A stretch of DNA of 64,000 nucleotides from the human T2T-CHM13v2.0 reference genome, Homo sapiens. The notes beneath the pieces were generated by a model. That model was not told where the DNA came from and did no database searches. It saw only the letters and a program-made list of their open reading frames with translations. Of this stretch, positions 1-17,481 are shown in pieces; the first letter of the stretch is position 1; each line of letters starts with the position of its first letter. Location of the stretch: assembly GCF_009914755.1 (NCBI RefSeq), contig NC_060931.1; one strand, 5' to 3'. The position numbers were made by a program, and so were the translations under genes.

Positions 1-113
1 CAGTGAGGTTGATTTTGGACTTCTGGCCTCCAGAGCTGTCAGAGAATAAATTTGTGTTGTTTTAAATCCCTCAGCTTGTGGCTACTTGTTATAACAAAAA
101 TAGAAAATTAATA
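1..113 (+). mobile_element. MLT1-type MaLR LTR, 3' end
   Basis: ggacttctggcctccagagctgt..agaataaatttgtgttgttttaa..aattaataca is a typical MLT1 terminus. Confidence 0.8.
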
Positions 114-134
114 CAGTTGGGAAATATAAGTTTA

Positions 135-456
<322 letters not shown>

Positions 457-495
457 TCACTTCTGACAGGATTCTGCATTTGATCTATTATGTAA

Positions 496-813
<318 letters not shown>

Positions 814-1269
814 CTGTTTAAAATAATTCTAATGGCAAAGGATTCAATTAACAAGTCTCAAAATGGATGTAAGTTTTGCACAGGTATTCACATGGCTGAA
901 GTACCAAACATGGTATCATGAATTAAGTGCGTAACATCTGACAACGGTAACACATGCTATTTTTGTATTATTGTGAACTCATGGATTCAAAATATATTTG
1001 ATGTGTTTTGGTCCATTGCAATTATTATTTTATGGAGCAAATTGTCCATGTATCAGTCTTGCTGGCCTGAAGTCAAGGTGTCAGGCAGGCTGGTTCCTTC
1101 TGGGGGATCCAGGGGAATATTGGTTTCTTGCCTCCTTGGTTCACGGTTGCTTTACTTTAATCTCTGCTTCCAGGCATCACGTTGCCCAAAGTAAATGAGG
1201 TGGGGATGTATAATCCTCCAACTGGGAGGGACAGTCATGTCTTAACCCATTATGCAATCTACTGTGTCT

Positions 1270-2030
1270 CAAGTGTTTCTGACTTGAGAAGTTGGTGGAT
1301 TGTGGTTGCAATGGTGATGTAGAGATGATTGGGAGACAACAGATTTAGTGGGTAAATTAAAATCAGATTTAGATTAACTGTAAAATGCCTAACAGACATT
1401 CAAAGCATCCATCAAGTTGGAAGTTGGGTAAGGAGGACTGGAGCTCAGTGGAGAAAATGGAACTAGAGTTAAAGATGTGGAATTATTGACTTTTAGATGG
1501 TATTGAAGTGATGGGACTCAACATAAGGAAAGGAGCCAGCAAAGACAGTGAGGAGCAATCTTTGAGGCAGGAGGAGTGGTATCATGGAAAGAGGGAAGAG
1601 AGTGCTTCAGGAAGGAGGAATGTTCATCTCTATCAAAATCCTACTGAAGGATCAGTAAAGAAATAATGGGATTGATAAGATCAAAGTCATCAATGATCTT
1701 GACAAGGGCAGCCCCAAGGAAGCTGTGGGTACAGAAGCTTAGTTGGAGTGGGGGGAGGAGAGACTAAGGGCACAGAAGGGGAGGAAGCCATCTAGACAAT
1801 GCTTTCAAGGAAACTTACTGGGAAGGAATGAAGAAAAATAAGGCAATGGCCAAATCCAAGGAGTTTGCCTTTTTTCCTTTAAGATGGAAGACACTGGAAT
1901 ATGTATGCTGATAGGAATGATCCAGTAGAAATGGAGAAATCAATGCAACAGGAAGGAACAATAATTGAGAATAATGAGTAAGGACAAGGAGCAAAACTAA
2001 CAAGATTGGCTTTAGATAGGTAAAGAATCC
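1270..2030 (-). mobile_element. L2 LINE fragment
   Basis: Purine-rich antisense L2 signature, e.g. ggagctcagtggagaaaatggaactagag..tagatggtattgaagtgatggga. Confidence 0.7.
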
Positions 2031-2189
2031 CTCTGTCTCTCTCTTTCTCATCACAATCATCAGTTCATTAGTATATGTTATTAATACACTTTTGGTTTCT
2101 AAGCAGCCTGCCTTTGTTCTCAGCATATTGTCTACATGTTCTCATGTTGTGCTTTATCCACAAAGTCTTAGCCTAGGGGACAGAAAGGG

Positions 2190-2450
2190 ACAGTAAGTAG
2201 GGTTAGTGAATAACGGCACTTGTCTGAAATGTAGCTGACCTGGTTTTAACTCTGACTCAATTGCTTAGCAGCACCTTGGGTACATTATTTACCTCTCTAA
2301 GCTTTTATTTCCTAATCAGTAATATAAGAATGGTATTTATTTCTATCCTTATGTGATTGTTGGAGGGCTTGTACAAGACAGTATATAAAAAGTACTAAGC
2401 ATAGTGCCTGAGACACAGGAAACTAAAAACTATTGTAAATTATAATAATA
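2190..2450 (+). mobile_element. MIR SINE
   Basis: MIR core accttgggtacattatttacctctctaagc..gcatagtgcctgagacacag. Confidence 0.75.
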
Positions 2451-2859
2451 GTAATGATTGTGTAACTCTTGTATGTCAATATACATGTATAATATATTTT
2501 TCTTGTGCAGTGACAAAGTTATTGTCAGGCTAATGACTGCAATGACTATGTCTTTGTGGTACCTACATTATTGGTGAAAGAACTGAACACCAGCCAGATA
2601 TTTATGTATTTATTGAGTAGTCTTCTATTTTTTTTCCAGAGGGGTAAAGATTATAAGCGGTTCCTTAGGCAACAAATTATAATGGCTGTCATTCACTAAA
2701 TCTTGTATATAGGGTGGGACAGAATTGAAAAAACAATAGGAAGGTCTTGTAACTCCAACATATCTGTTCTCCTGAGGTTTGCATGTGTACATCTTATAGC
2801 ACATTGATATTCAGAAGTTTCCTATTGGAATGCAACTATCAGACAATAAAACCACTACA

Positions 2860-4015
2860 TTAAAAATGTACAGAATGCAGATAAAGAACTACTTAGAGGA
2901 AGATTTATAGCTTTAAATGCGTTCATTGAAAACATGTGAACTAAACTAATAACTTAAGAAGTTAAAAGAAAACAACAAGGAACAAAGTCTCAACCCAAAG
3001 AAAATAGAAGGAAGTCCATAATCAAAATATGAGCATAAATCAATGAACTAGAAAACAACAAAAATCAGAAATGATCAACAAAGAAAAAGTTGGTGCTTTC
3101 AAAAGATAAATAAAATAGATAAACCCATAGCACGACTAATCAAGAACAACTTTTCCAGGCAAGCTAGGAGTAGAAGGAAATATCTTCAACCCAATAAAGG
3201 ATATCTATGAAAACTCTAAAGCAAAACCTCACACTTAATTTTGAAACATTAGCTGCATTCCTGCAGAATCAAGAACAAGAAAAGGATGCTTACTCTTTCT
3301 GCTTCCTTTTTGTACTAGAGATTTTAGCCAATGTAATAAGAAAAGAAAATGAGAAGTCAGACAAAAGGATTAAAAAGAAAGAGAATGGACTGATATTATT
3401 TGCATAAAACATAATTATCAGCATAGGAAATCAAAGAAATTCCACATGTAAACCAATAAAACTAATTAGAAAGTCCAGAAGGATCATTGATTACAACGCT
3501 GGCATTAAAAAAAAAAAAAGGTGCTCCTATACATGAGCAACACCAAAACAAATGTACGTAAATAGCAAAAAGATACTCTTCTCTGCACAAAATCATAAAA
3601 TGTTACTGAAGGACAGAGAAAATAAAATCAACAGAGAGATACAACACATTCATATATGAGACAAATTGATGTTGTAATAATGTTGGTATGTTCTAAATTA
3701 ATGTATACATTTAATGCAATTCCAGAAAAATCCAAATAGCATTTTCTCATCAAATCAGACTAATTCTAAAATTAATATGAAAAAGTAAGTTATAAAAATG
3801 TATTATATGGTAAAAGGAATTTGAGTAAGAAAAAAAGACAAAAAAGAGAATAAAAAGAAGTAATATATAAAAAAGAGAAAAAAACAAAGAGTGTGATTTA
3901 GAGTTATAATAATTAAAATAGTGAAGCATAAGCTAGACAAATGGATCAGAATAGATCCAAGCACCTATACTACTGAGGAGCATGATAGAAGTGACATTAT
4001 GAATCAGTGGGAAAA
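2860..4015 (+). mobile_element. Old L1 (L1M) ORF2 fragments
   Basis: A-rich, with L1 ORF2 motifs cttagaggaagatttatagctttaaatgc, gtactagagattttagccaatgtaataaga and atttaatgcaattccag. Confidence 0.8.
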
Positions 4016-4824
4016 AGGGAGCAGTGCAGCAGGCACAACATCCCTTTGCTAACCCCTTGGAGGGATGTAATCAGCTGTGGGACAGGATTATTTTACCAGG
4101 GTCCCACTGAGATACCGATTCTGTTGAGCCACCTCTCATTGTAGAATCTGGCTCAACACACCCTCTGATGATTGATTTGGCTTCTCAAGTACCTGGAAAG
4201 GAGGTACTCTAGGAAGGAGATGTCCGATTCTTATTGCTTGGAAAAAAAATACTCACTATTATAAATTTGTAAATGAACAGTCTCGTTTGCAGGTTGTATT
4301 TTAGGGCATAGCCTAGTTACTACTGATACGTGAGTGAGTGTGCATCAGATGATTTCCAGCCCTGAGGGCAAACTGAGATTGAGGTCTTAAGGGAATGGAG
4401 AGGGGGCTGAACATGAGGATGAGGATGCCAGGGTGGACACTAGGTGCTAAAAGGGAAACCGAGAAGATCTCACGTGTAAAATCTGTATTGCACCATTTCC
4501 CCACCAACCCTTCAGGAACATCTGCCTTGAGGCGTGATTTAAGCAGTTTCAATCCTTACAGTTTCTCTTGTGGGTGTGGGTGAGAAATGGGACAAGGATA
4601 AAGGGAATGGAATTTACAGTCAACTAACAAGGCTGTGGTTAGTTATTAGCTAAGTCAATGAAAACTATTCAGATTTATCTGCTTATCTTCCTCTTCACAC
4701 CCAGATATGTGCGTGGAGTCAGCTTGCAGTACCTATCAATGACTGCTCATTTTCCAACTAATTTTTAAATCAGTTAGTGGAGCACAATTCTGCCTGCCAC
4801 CTAGATAAACCATACTGTGGGAAT

Positions 4825-4853
4825 GAGGGGGAGGGAGGAAGAAGAAGGAGGAG

Positions 4854-4918
<65 letters not shown>

Positions 4919-4934
4919 GGAGGAGGAAGAGGAG

Positions 4935-4969
<35 letters not shown>

Positions 4970-5164
4970 GGAAGGGAGGGAGGGAAGGAAGAAGGAAGGG
5001 AGGAAGGAAGGAAGGAAAGAAGGAAGGAAGGGAGGGAGGGAGGGAGGGGGGAAAGGAAGAAGGAAGGAGGGAGGGAGGAAGGAAGGAGGGAGGGAGGGAA
5101 GGAGGAAGGAGGGAGGGAGGAAGGAAGGAAAGAGGGAAGGAAGGAAGGGAAGAAGGGAAGAAAG
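4825..5164 (+). repeat. 340-bp pure purine tract: (GGA)n/(GAGGAGGAGGAA)n grading into (GGAA/GGGA)n
   Basis: No pyrimidine seen between 4825 and 5164. Confidence 0.97.
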
Positions 5165-5686
5165 TTAGTTAATAATGTCAAAAATTGGGAAATATTTTTG
5201 AGAATGAAGAAGAAATGATAGGAAAATGTGTTTTCTCTCTCTAGTAAGAAAATAGATGCAGACATCAAAATACATTGATGTAGCTTACAAATTAGAAAAA
5301 AGTTTTATGAGAGCATTTGGTGCAAAGGATATACCAACGGTAGGACTAGCTGGGACAAACTTTATGGAAAGCAATTAGATATTACATACCAGTGTTTAAA
5401 ACCAGTGACTCATGGATCTCAGGTTAAGAAAATCTTCATGCACAAAGTGTGGGAAAACCTCTGCGCAGAAATGCTAACTGTAGCAGCATAACTCAAAGTA
5501 GCTAAAATATAGAAAACACGCTAAGTATTTGACAATAAGAATGGTTTAGTAAATTATAATATGTATATAAGAGCACTATTAAGCAGCCATAAAAATGATA
5601 TTTATAAAGGATTAATAACATGGAGATGTTTTTCCTTATGTTAAATGAAAAAAGTAGAAATCTGGATAAATAGAAGTAGAGAAATA

Positions 5687-6735
<1,049 letters not shown>

Positions 6736-6738
6736 TCA

Positions 6739-7167
<429 letters not shown>

Positions 7168-7683
7168 TTATTTTGAGAATGGACAGTAAATTGTACCGCT
7201 GGCACAGCAGTATTTGTGTCCTGTAGCGTTTAATGACCTCGTTGGTTGTGAAAATAAAACCGAAAGATGCTGTCTAAAGCTATATATACTTTCTGTTGTC
7301 GTTTTCCAACTTAAGTATCCTTGATGTAAACAATGACAGGTGTCCATAACCATAATTGTGGGAAACATTTGCATTAATTCACATCAAAGGAAACCCATTG
7401 TAAACATCAGAACATGGTGATCGTCTGATCATTGCGTATTACCTGCTTTACACAGTAGCATCCCTGGCCTCCTGCACTTTTTTAAATGGCACAGGACTTA
7501 ATAACACAATTTGACATAAAAGGATTTTTTTTACAATGACAATTTTTAAAGTTACAGCAAGATATTTAAAAACAACTTTTCATTGACCCTGTAAGACTCA
7601 CTCATAAGTATCCCTAGTGTACCACTTAACCTAGGGCTGCCATATCAAAGTACTACAAACTTGAGTGGCTGGAAACTCCAGAA

Positions 7684-8318
7684 TTTATTTATTTATTTAT
7701 TTATTTATTTATTCATTTTTTGAGACGGGGTTTTGCTCTGTTGCCCAGGCTGGAGTGTACTGGTACAAAAGTAGCTCATTGTAGCCTCAAACTCCTGAGC
7801 TCAAGTGATCCTCCCATCCCAGCCTTCCAAGTAGCTGGGACTATAGGTGTGTGCCACCACACCTGGCTAATATTTTTTTTTTTTTTTTTTTTTTGAGACA
7901 GGGTCTTGCTTCATCATCCCAGCTGGAGCGCAGTGGCACAATCTTGGCTCACTGCAACTTCCACCTCCTGGGTTCAAGCGATTCTCGTGCCTTAGCCTCC
8001 CGAGTAGTTGGGATTACAAGCCTGCCTGGTTACCTTTTGTATTTTTTTTTTTAGTAGAGATGAGGTTTTGCCATGTTGGCCAGGCTGATCTCAAACTCCT
8101 GACCTCAAGTGATCTGCCTGCCTTGGCTCCCCGAAGTGCTGGGATTACAGGCACGAGCCACCACGACCAGGCTCACCCGGCTAATTTTTTTACACTTTGT
8201 AGAGGTGAGGGTCTTGCTGTGTTGCCCAGGCTGGTCTCAAACTCCTGGGCTCAAATAATTGTCCTACCTTGGCCTTCCAAAGTGCTAGGTTTATAGGCAT
8301 GAGCCACCACACCCAGAC
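7684..8318 (-). mobile_element. AluJ interrupted at its middle A-rich linker by an AluS (~7871-8172)
   Basis: The two AluJ arms are separated by a complete Alu, with duplicated cacc(t/c)ggctaat at the junctions. Confidence 0.88.
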
Positions 8319-8605
8319 CACCAGTAATTTATTGTGTCACAGTTCTGGGCCAGGAGCCTGAAATTGAGGTGTCTGCAGGGCTATGTTCCCTATGAAATCT
8401 GTAGGGGAGAATCCTTCCTTGCCTCTTCCTAGCTTCTAGTGGTTGGCTGACTATCTTTGACATACCTTGGCTTGCAGTGGCCTGACACCAATCTCTGCTT
8501 TCATAGTCACTCGGCACTTTCCTGTGAATCTCTGTCTTCACATGGCCATCTTCTCATAAGGACACCAGTCATATTGGATTGAGGGGCCCCTGTACTTCAG
8601 TATGA

Positions 8606-8908
<303 letters not shown>

Positions 8909-9271
8909 TATATGACTTCATCTTAACTAATTACATTTGCAGTGACCCTATTTCCAAGTCACATTCTGAGATTAGGACTTCTGGAGGTTAGGACTTCAAC
9001 TTATCTTTTTGGTGGTGATACAATTCAACCCATTACAACTGGGGTTCATTGATTTTGGGTTAAGAACGTGTTGAGACAGTCAGAGGGCAGCAAGGGGACC
9101 CTGAGACCAGAGGGTATGAAACAAGAGTGCAGAGAAGGAAGTGGTAGGGAGACAAATGGAACCCATGTTGCTATTTTGCCCATAAATTTGGTGGCAATGA
9201 TCTCTCCCTGCAGATTTGGGTGCAGGAACTTGAGTTACTGATGGCAATATTTGGCCAGTTTCCAGCTGAAG

Positions 9272-9339
9272 ATGCTCAAGTTCCAGATTTGAGTCGAGGC
9301 TACAAATGCTCAAGTTCCAGATTTGAGTCGAGGCTGCAA
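9272..9339. repeat. 34-bp tandem duplication
   Basis: atgctcaagttccagatttgagtcgaggct(a/g)caa twice, 1 mismatch. Confidence 0.97.
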
Positions 9340-10026
9340 AGGGAAGTTTGTGGTGGTGTCCAGGACACTCTGCTGATGCCATGTGTTTGAAAATGTCTGA
9401 ATTTTGTGCATAGACACACTAGCAGTATTTTCATAAGTGGAGTTACATAATTAGGGCATGGACTTGCATAATAATTAGCATGTGTAATTAGGCACAGACT
9501 TCTTGTCCTTTAGACAATCAAGACATCTAATTACAAAATTAAGATGTAATTATGTGGTCCAAGGTCTACATCTTTTTTTCTACCCATTAGAGATTACTTT
9601 TAGAAAATAATTCAAAAAAGCTGATGAAGAAATGAACATAGACACGAATTTGAGGATGTTAAAGAAAGTGTTAAGTGGGCTGGTAAGTTTCCTTTGGTCT
9701 TTCCTCTCTGTTGTAAGGGGAATTATTTAAAACATTATGGTCCACTTGAAAGAATAACTTTTACCAACTGTGCTGTCAACCTTCGGTACTCACACTAATG
9801 AAGAGGAGTGTTGGTATGACTAATCCTTGGCGTTCACGTGTGGCTCTTGAGTGTGGTTTGTAATCACACTTGAACATGGACCTAAATGTGACGTACTGGG
9901 AATTCATTCAAACCTATTAATGGAGCCATACGGTGGAAATCTTAGGATAACTTGGGATAGAGGACATCCTGCCTTCCCGTTCTGCCCTGGTTCTCCCTTG
10001 TGACCACTTTAAAAATCGACTCATTT

Positions 10027-10304
10027 GGCCAGGTGTGGTGGCTTATGCCTTTAATCCCAGCACTTTGGGAGGCCAAGGCAGGAGGATCGCTTGAGGCCAG
10101 GAGTTAAGACCAACCTGGACAATATAGGGAGACCCTGTCTCTACAAAGAATCTGAAATACTAGTTGGGAGTGGTGGCACATACCTGTAGTCCCAGCTACT
10201 TGGGAAGCTGAGGCAGGAGAATCACTTGAGCCCAGGAGTTTTAGGCTGCAGTGAGCCTCCACTGCACTCCAGCCTGGGTGACAGAAATAAATAAAGAAAT
10301 AAAT
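10027..10304 (+). mobile_element. AluJ
   Basis: Dimeric Alu with small right-arm deletions. Confidence 0.92.
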
Positions 10305-11395
10305 AGCACATTGCTCAGAATAATGCAAACCAGCACTTAAGCTGTGTTTCCTTTCCCTGAATATTTGAGTATTTTTATTTTAAGTACTCCTTATTGACTG
10401 CAGGTGGGAAAGATCAAAGAGTATAGCAAATACTCTGTCCTTTGAAAAAGAGTGATTCTTATAGCAGTAATAGTTTGAGTTTCAATACACACAGAAAGCT
10501 AGATTGTACTGATAGTCTCCATGTTTTTCCTTGCCCTTAAATTGTGATTTGGCTGATCTCTGCGTGATGCTAAACAACCAGTTTGACTCATTAATTTTGC
10601 TGAACTAACTGAACTTTTGACCTAATTGGCTGCTGGTTAGGGATCAGAGCCATATGTGCAGGTTTTTCTAAGCCAGTTCTGACTTTAGCTGTGTTATCCC
10701 TCTGTTCCTATAAACTGTTGAAATACCATAGTAATTCCAATGTTTTGACAGCCACACTGCACTTCTCAGACTGCCGCTTTCTCCTGGGAAGTGGCACAGA
10801 AATCTGTCGGACCACGCTTCCTGATTTTTGGTTAAGAAAATATGCTTCCCATATGGTTGCGGGCCGAGAAAACAAAGACTTAAAGAGGTTGTAAGCATTT
10901 GGTGATAGGTCTTCTCCTCATGGCGCCTTCCCTCCGTTCCTATTTTTACTATTCTCTGTAAGGCCAGGGAATGTGATGAGGGACAAATTATGTGTGTGGC
11001 AGGGAGGGGTTAGTCTTGACCATGAAAATACACACATTTGCACAGGGAGCTTTTGCCATTGTTAGTTTTTTTACCTTGCCTTCTGAGCAATTGCTCGTGA
11101 TAGATTTAGAGGCAAAGGAAAGGAATTGGAGAGAGTGGCATTTTTAAAACAATCTATTAAGAGGAATTCTAGGTCAGAGAGGGGCAGTTGGACTACATCA
11201 TCTGTAAGGCATCTCCAGCTCAGAGGTTTCAGGATTCGTTGATCTCCAGCAGGTCACTCAACAGGAGGTTGACTGGACTCCTATTCTACTCACTCAACTC
11301 TAGGCCTCCAATTTTTTGGTTCTTAGATGTGGTGACTGGAAACCTATTCTTTTGCCTTTACTTCCAGAGAGCTCAGTAATTCTAGTTCCTAATAG

Positions 11396-11578
<183 letters not shown>

Positions 11579-11592
11579 TAAAATATGCTGAG

Positions 11593-11908
<316 letters not shown>

Positions 11909-12059
11909 AATATGCTGAGCCCAGGACAGGCTTTCTGCATGAAACATTGGTCTTGTCCAGGTCCCCACACCTTGAGCAGTAAAGGTGTTCTGTGATGCCA
12001 TGAGCCCTCCTCTACTTATATGAATTGTTATGTGATGGCAAGAATCCATCTCTTATCAC

Positions 12060-12965
12060 TATCAATATGTATTGAGTCCTGTCATCCATTCACTCACCCA
12101 TTTCCCCCAAACCCCATATATTGTATGTCTAAATACGTCAGACCCTAGAGTGTAGAAGAAGAGGTTACTTGTGCCCTCAAGTGCACTGTCAAATGATGGC
12201 ATGCAACACCAGATGAGATACACCCTAGCACTAAATAGGGTGGTATAGACGGTAGCTGTAATCTTCTGTCAGAGGAGAGGGTGATCTGTCAGGGCTAAAA
12301 TCATCCTAAGGAACTTCCTGAAGAAGGAGGTCCTTCAGGGCCTGTGGACATAGAGACGAGGGTACACACACCAGGTGGGTGGCACTATTTATGTGAGTGT
12401 ACCAACGTGAGAATGACAGCACAGGTTGACCAGCAGCCTGGACTGACTAGAGGCCAAATGCTAAGGTGCACTGGGCAATGCAGTTGGGTGAGAGAAAGGG
12501 GCACTAGATGCTTACAGGGTAGGAAGGCACGTGAAGAACTATTTGTGTGTTAACATTTTTGAGGACAGGGACATTGAAATGGACAACACTCTGCAAGGGA
12601 GAAGAACATAGGTTAGAGCTGTAGAACCCAACTGTTGCTGAAGTCCAGGGGTGAAGCCACGATGGCTCGGTCTGGTCGGTGATGAGAGTGAATAGAGATG
12701 GATAATTGGGAGCAAAATGAAGAACTCTTGTGACAAATTAGTGTAGAGAATTCAAGGCAAAGTGAGTCAAACATAAGCCTAAGCTTTGAGCCAGGGGAAC
12801 AGGGAGAATGGCTATGGGTTGACAGAAATAAAACGTTGGGTGGGGGAGTGGTTCAGGGAGAAGACAAGTTTTATTTTAAGTATGTTGCTTGGGATTTGCC
12901 AGAGTGACATGCCAGTGGAAATGGCCAACAGACATTTGTAGATATAGGTCAGGACTTTATGGTCT
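12060..12965 (-). mobile_element. L2 LINE fragments
   Basis: Degenerate antisense L2 motifs ggaacttcctgaagaaggagg and gagtgacatgccagtggaaatggccaacagacatttg. Confidence 0.6.
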
Positions 12966-14020
12966 ACGGTTATTTTTTCTCACATTGGGTTTTCTCAGAA
13001 GCCAGATGGCTTATTCTGCTAAGTCACGGGGACACTGACTCCAGACCCAACGCCAGGAGCCGGAACACCCTGCATGGGAAGAACCACCAAGCCAAACAAA
13101 GGCAGGAAGACTAAATTTGGGACAATCCTGATAATATCCCTTCAACATCTCTAGAATTTCCCCCATCCCTACCTCCGGAAAGGCTGGCCCTTGGCACTAG
13201 ATAGAAAAGAAAGCTGCTCTTTCTGTCCTTTTCTGCCCCCACCTTCTCAATTATTTCTTTTCCATTCCTTTCTGTGTCCATCACCTTTTCCATGATTTGT
13301 CATTGTTGTTTCTGTCTTCCTAGCATTTTTAAACACCTTCTCCTCTCATCTCTCTCTCTGGGGTGGGCGGTTCACAACTTTTAAGCTCACAAACAACAGT
13401 CTCAATGAGGCTTCCTGTTAGCCCCTTGAAACAAGTGTGAAGAAATTTTAAAGTGTCAAGATAGAACAACAAACCAGATCGGAAAGCTAAAGAAAATGCA
13501 TTTCACACATTTCTGGGGGGAAATGATCAGTTGTATTCCGTGGAATAATTAATTTGGTATTAACATTCTGAGGAAAACGGCGTAGCTGTCGACATGAGGA
13601 GAACGCTGTGCTCCCGCCTCTGGAGAGCCTCCACATATGCTCCTTTGCAGCCCGCCATCCTCACAGCTACAAGCCCTGCCAAGTTCTTTCTAGAACATAG
13701 TAATTTCGCTGACTATTTTTATATTCATATATACTTTCCTTGATATATGGCAAGCTTACGCTGCAGAATTCAGTAGATTTCATGAGAAAGGCATGTGTTT
13801 CCATGCAGGACATCCACACTCCTAACCCCCAACTTTCCACCTTCATTCCACCCCTTATGTATCCACCCCATACTCCATTCTCACAACACAAATCTACCAT
13901 TTGCCACCCCCCACACCCACCCCAACTCATGAGTATTTTCAGGTCTAGTCCATTCCCACCACACAATGGATCTAGCATTTTCCACCCCTCCGTCAACCCA
14001 GCTACACTTCTTTCCCATTA

Positions 14021-14391
<371 letters not shown>

Positions 14392-14750
14392 TTAAAGTTT
14401 AACTCGAATGGATCATGATAATTCAGAATTTGTGATAATTTTGATAGACTCAGTAGAAGTTACATATAGTGGCAGTAAAAAGGGCTATATGATAATGCTA
14501 AATCAAATTTCAGAGGGCAATGTTATAGTTGAGAAAGCAAACTTTTTGAATATTTTAGCAGCAAGTATACATAAGTAGTTTAAGAACTGGTGATCTCTCC
14601 TGTCCAAGACTTTTACATGGCAATTTTTTTTAAAGCCTTTTGTTTATTCCAATGTTTCAAAGTACCTGAAAGCAATATAACTTCCATTCTTTTTTATTGT
14701 TTCTGTAATTGTATTCTTGCTGTTCCAAATTGTTTACTGAATAAGTTTGA

Positions 14751-14858
<108 letters not shown>

Positions 14859-14876
14859 TAAGAAGGAAACTCAACG

Positions 14877-14914
14877 TTTCTATTATGTACGATATTTTCT
14901 ATTATGTACGATAT
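14877..14914. repeat. Perfect 19-bp tandem duplication
   Basis: tttctattatgtacgatat twice. Confidence 0.97.
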
Positions 14915-15302
14915 TTTGATTTTCACGTGTTGAACTGATATAGAAGAAATGCCAAGATTAGGAATGTTGTATGTGTTTCTATTTTTCAAAGGGCCCACAA
15001 AGAGGGAGTCCTGCAGTACAGACAAGGCTTCTAGAGAAGACCCTGGGGTTGCCCACGGGGGGACTCTGCTGGCCTGAAAGAGTACCACTTTCCAGCCTTT
15101 GCAGCCTTGCTGGGCTGGGCACAGCATCATCTCCCGTTGCTGTGCTGAGGGGTGTTGCCACGGGATGTGGTGGCCTCTTTGCCTCAGAGCACAAACTGTC
15201 CAACTTGCCTTGACAGTGCACAGCAGGTCTTACCCCATGAGCATATCTGAACCTTACTCAGACTCGGGTCCTTCAGCCCATGGGGAAAGTGTGCTGCCAG
15301 CA

Positions 15303-15433
15303 ACATGACCGTGTAATTTATCACCCAATCCAGTTCCCTTTTGAAAGTGAAAGGAAGTGCTATTAATAATTACCCCAGGATAACCTTATCACCTAAGACT
15401 ATCCCGGATATGCTGGGGCATATGGTCACCCTA
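15303..15433 (+). mobile_element. MER94-like hAT-Blackjack MITE
   Basis: tgaccgtgtaatttatcacccaa..gaaagtgaaagg..gctattaataattac..tatggtcacccta, with terminal inverted repeats. Confidence 0.8.
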
Positions 15434-15965
15434 GTTCTTGGCCGTGTAAAGTAATATAGCCCTTCTCTTTATTTTCTGAATTTCTCCTTTGTATGCTCCT
15501 TTGTTTCTAAAATTCCAGATTCTGGTGAGCAAACCCACGTTCAGACCACTTACTCTATTCAAGATTTAACAGGCTTGAATTGTATTGATTCTCAACATGT
15601 GTCTTTCCACACTGAAGTCCTAATCATTTTAGTTGGTTTTCACGCAGCTTCTCTTCAGCCACTGAGCGATTTTTTTGCAGCTTTTCGTAGACCTCTGGGT
15701 CAGCGATCACTTTTGTAGGTGCATTAAAGTTCTCCTGTGTTGCCGACGTACATTCCAATGGGCTCCAGTGATTTGGGGGTCCTATCTCCATAGTATTCAT
15801 GATGTCTGTTCTCCTGATACCCATTTTTGAAAGGGATTGGCTTGTCCTCTTTATGGAAATGGCCCCTCCTAGGAAGCCCACAGTTTTGGTCAAGTTCTTC
15901 TACCTACTTTTTGGTTTGCTACGTGGTCCTGAAAAAGTAATAAATTAAGATGTTAAGATGCTCTC

Positions 15966-17150
<1,185 letters not shown>

Positions 17151-17317
17151 TGACAGTGCCTTCACCAGAATCAGAAAAAGTCCTGACTGAGTTTGAATTC
17201 TAGGAACCACTTTTCTTGAGTGTTTCTTGTACAGATATCCAAAGTAGAGCCTTTGGGTATTTAAAAATAATTTGTAAATGCCAAATTAAGAGTTTAAAGG
17301 GCACTGTATGAACTAGT

Positions 17318-17352
<35 letters not shown>

Positions 17353-17481
17353 AGGAGAGAGAGAGAGAGAATGACAGAGAAAAAGAGAGAGAGAGAAAAG
17401 GAGAGAGAAAGAGACAGAGAAAGAGATAGAAAGAGATAGAGATAGAAGAGGGGGAGAGAGAGAGAGAGAGGAGAGAGAGAG
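17318..17481 (+). repeat. (TG)n(GA)n compound microsatellite / GA-rich tract
   Basis: Read directly from the sequence. Confidence 0.95.

Noticed and set aside
4777-5268. ORFs encoding Arg-, Gly- or Pro-rich proteins of 131-155 aa
   Set aside because: Artefacts of the stop-free purine repeat.
15624-15893. Minus-strand ORF containing DPEVYEKLQK, resembling a P450 J-helix
   Set aside because: Only about 10 residues, antisense to the gene, with no I-helix or ExxR context; a chance match.
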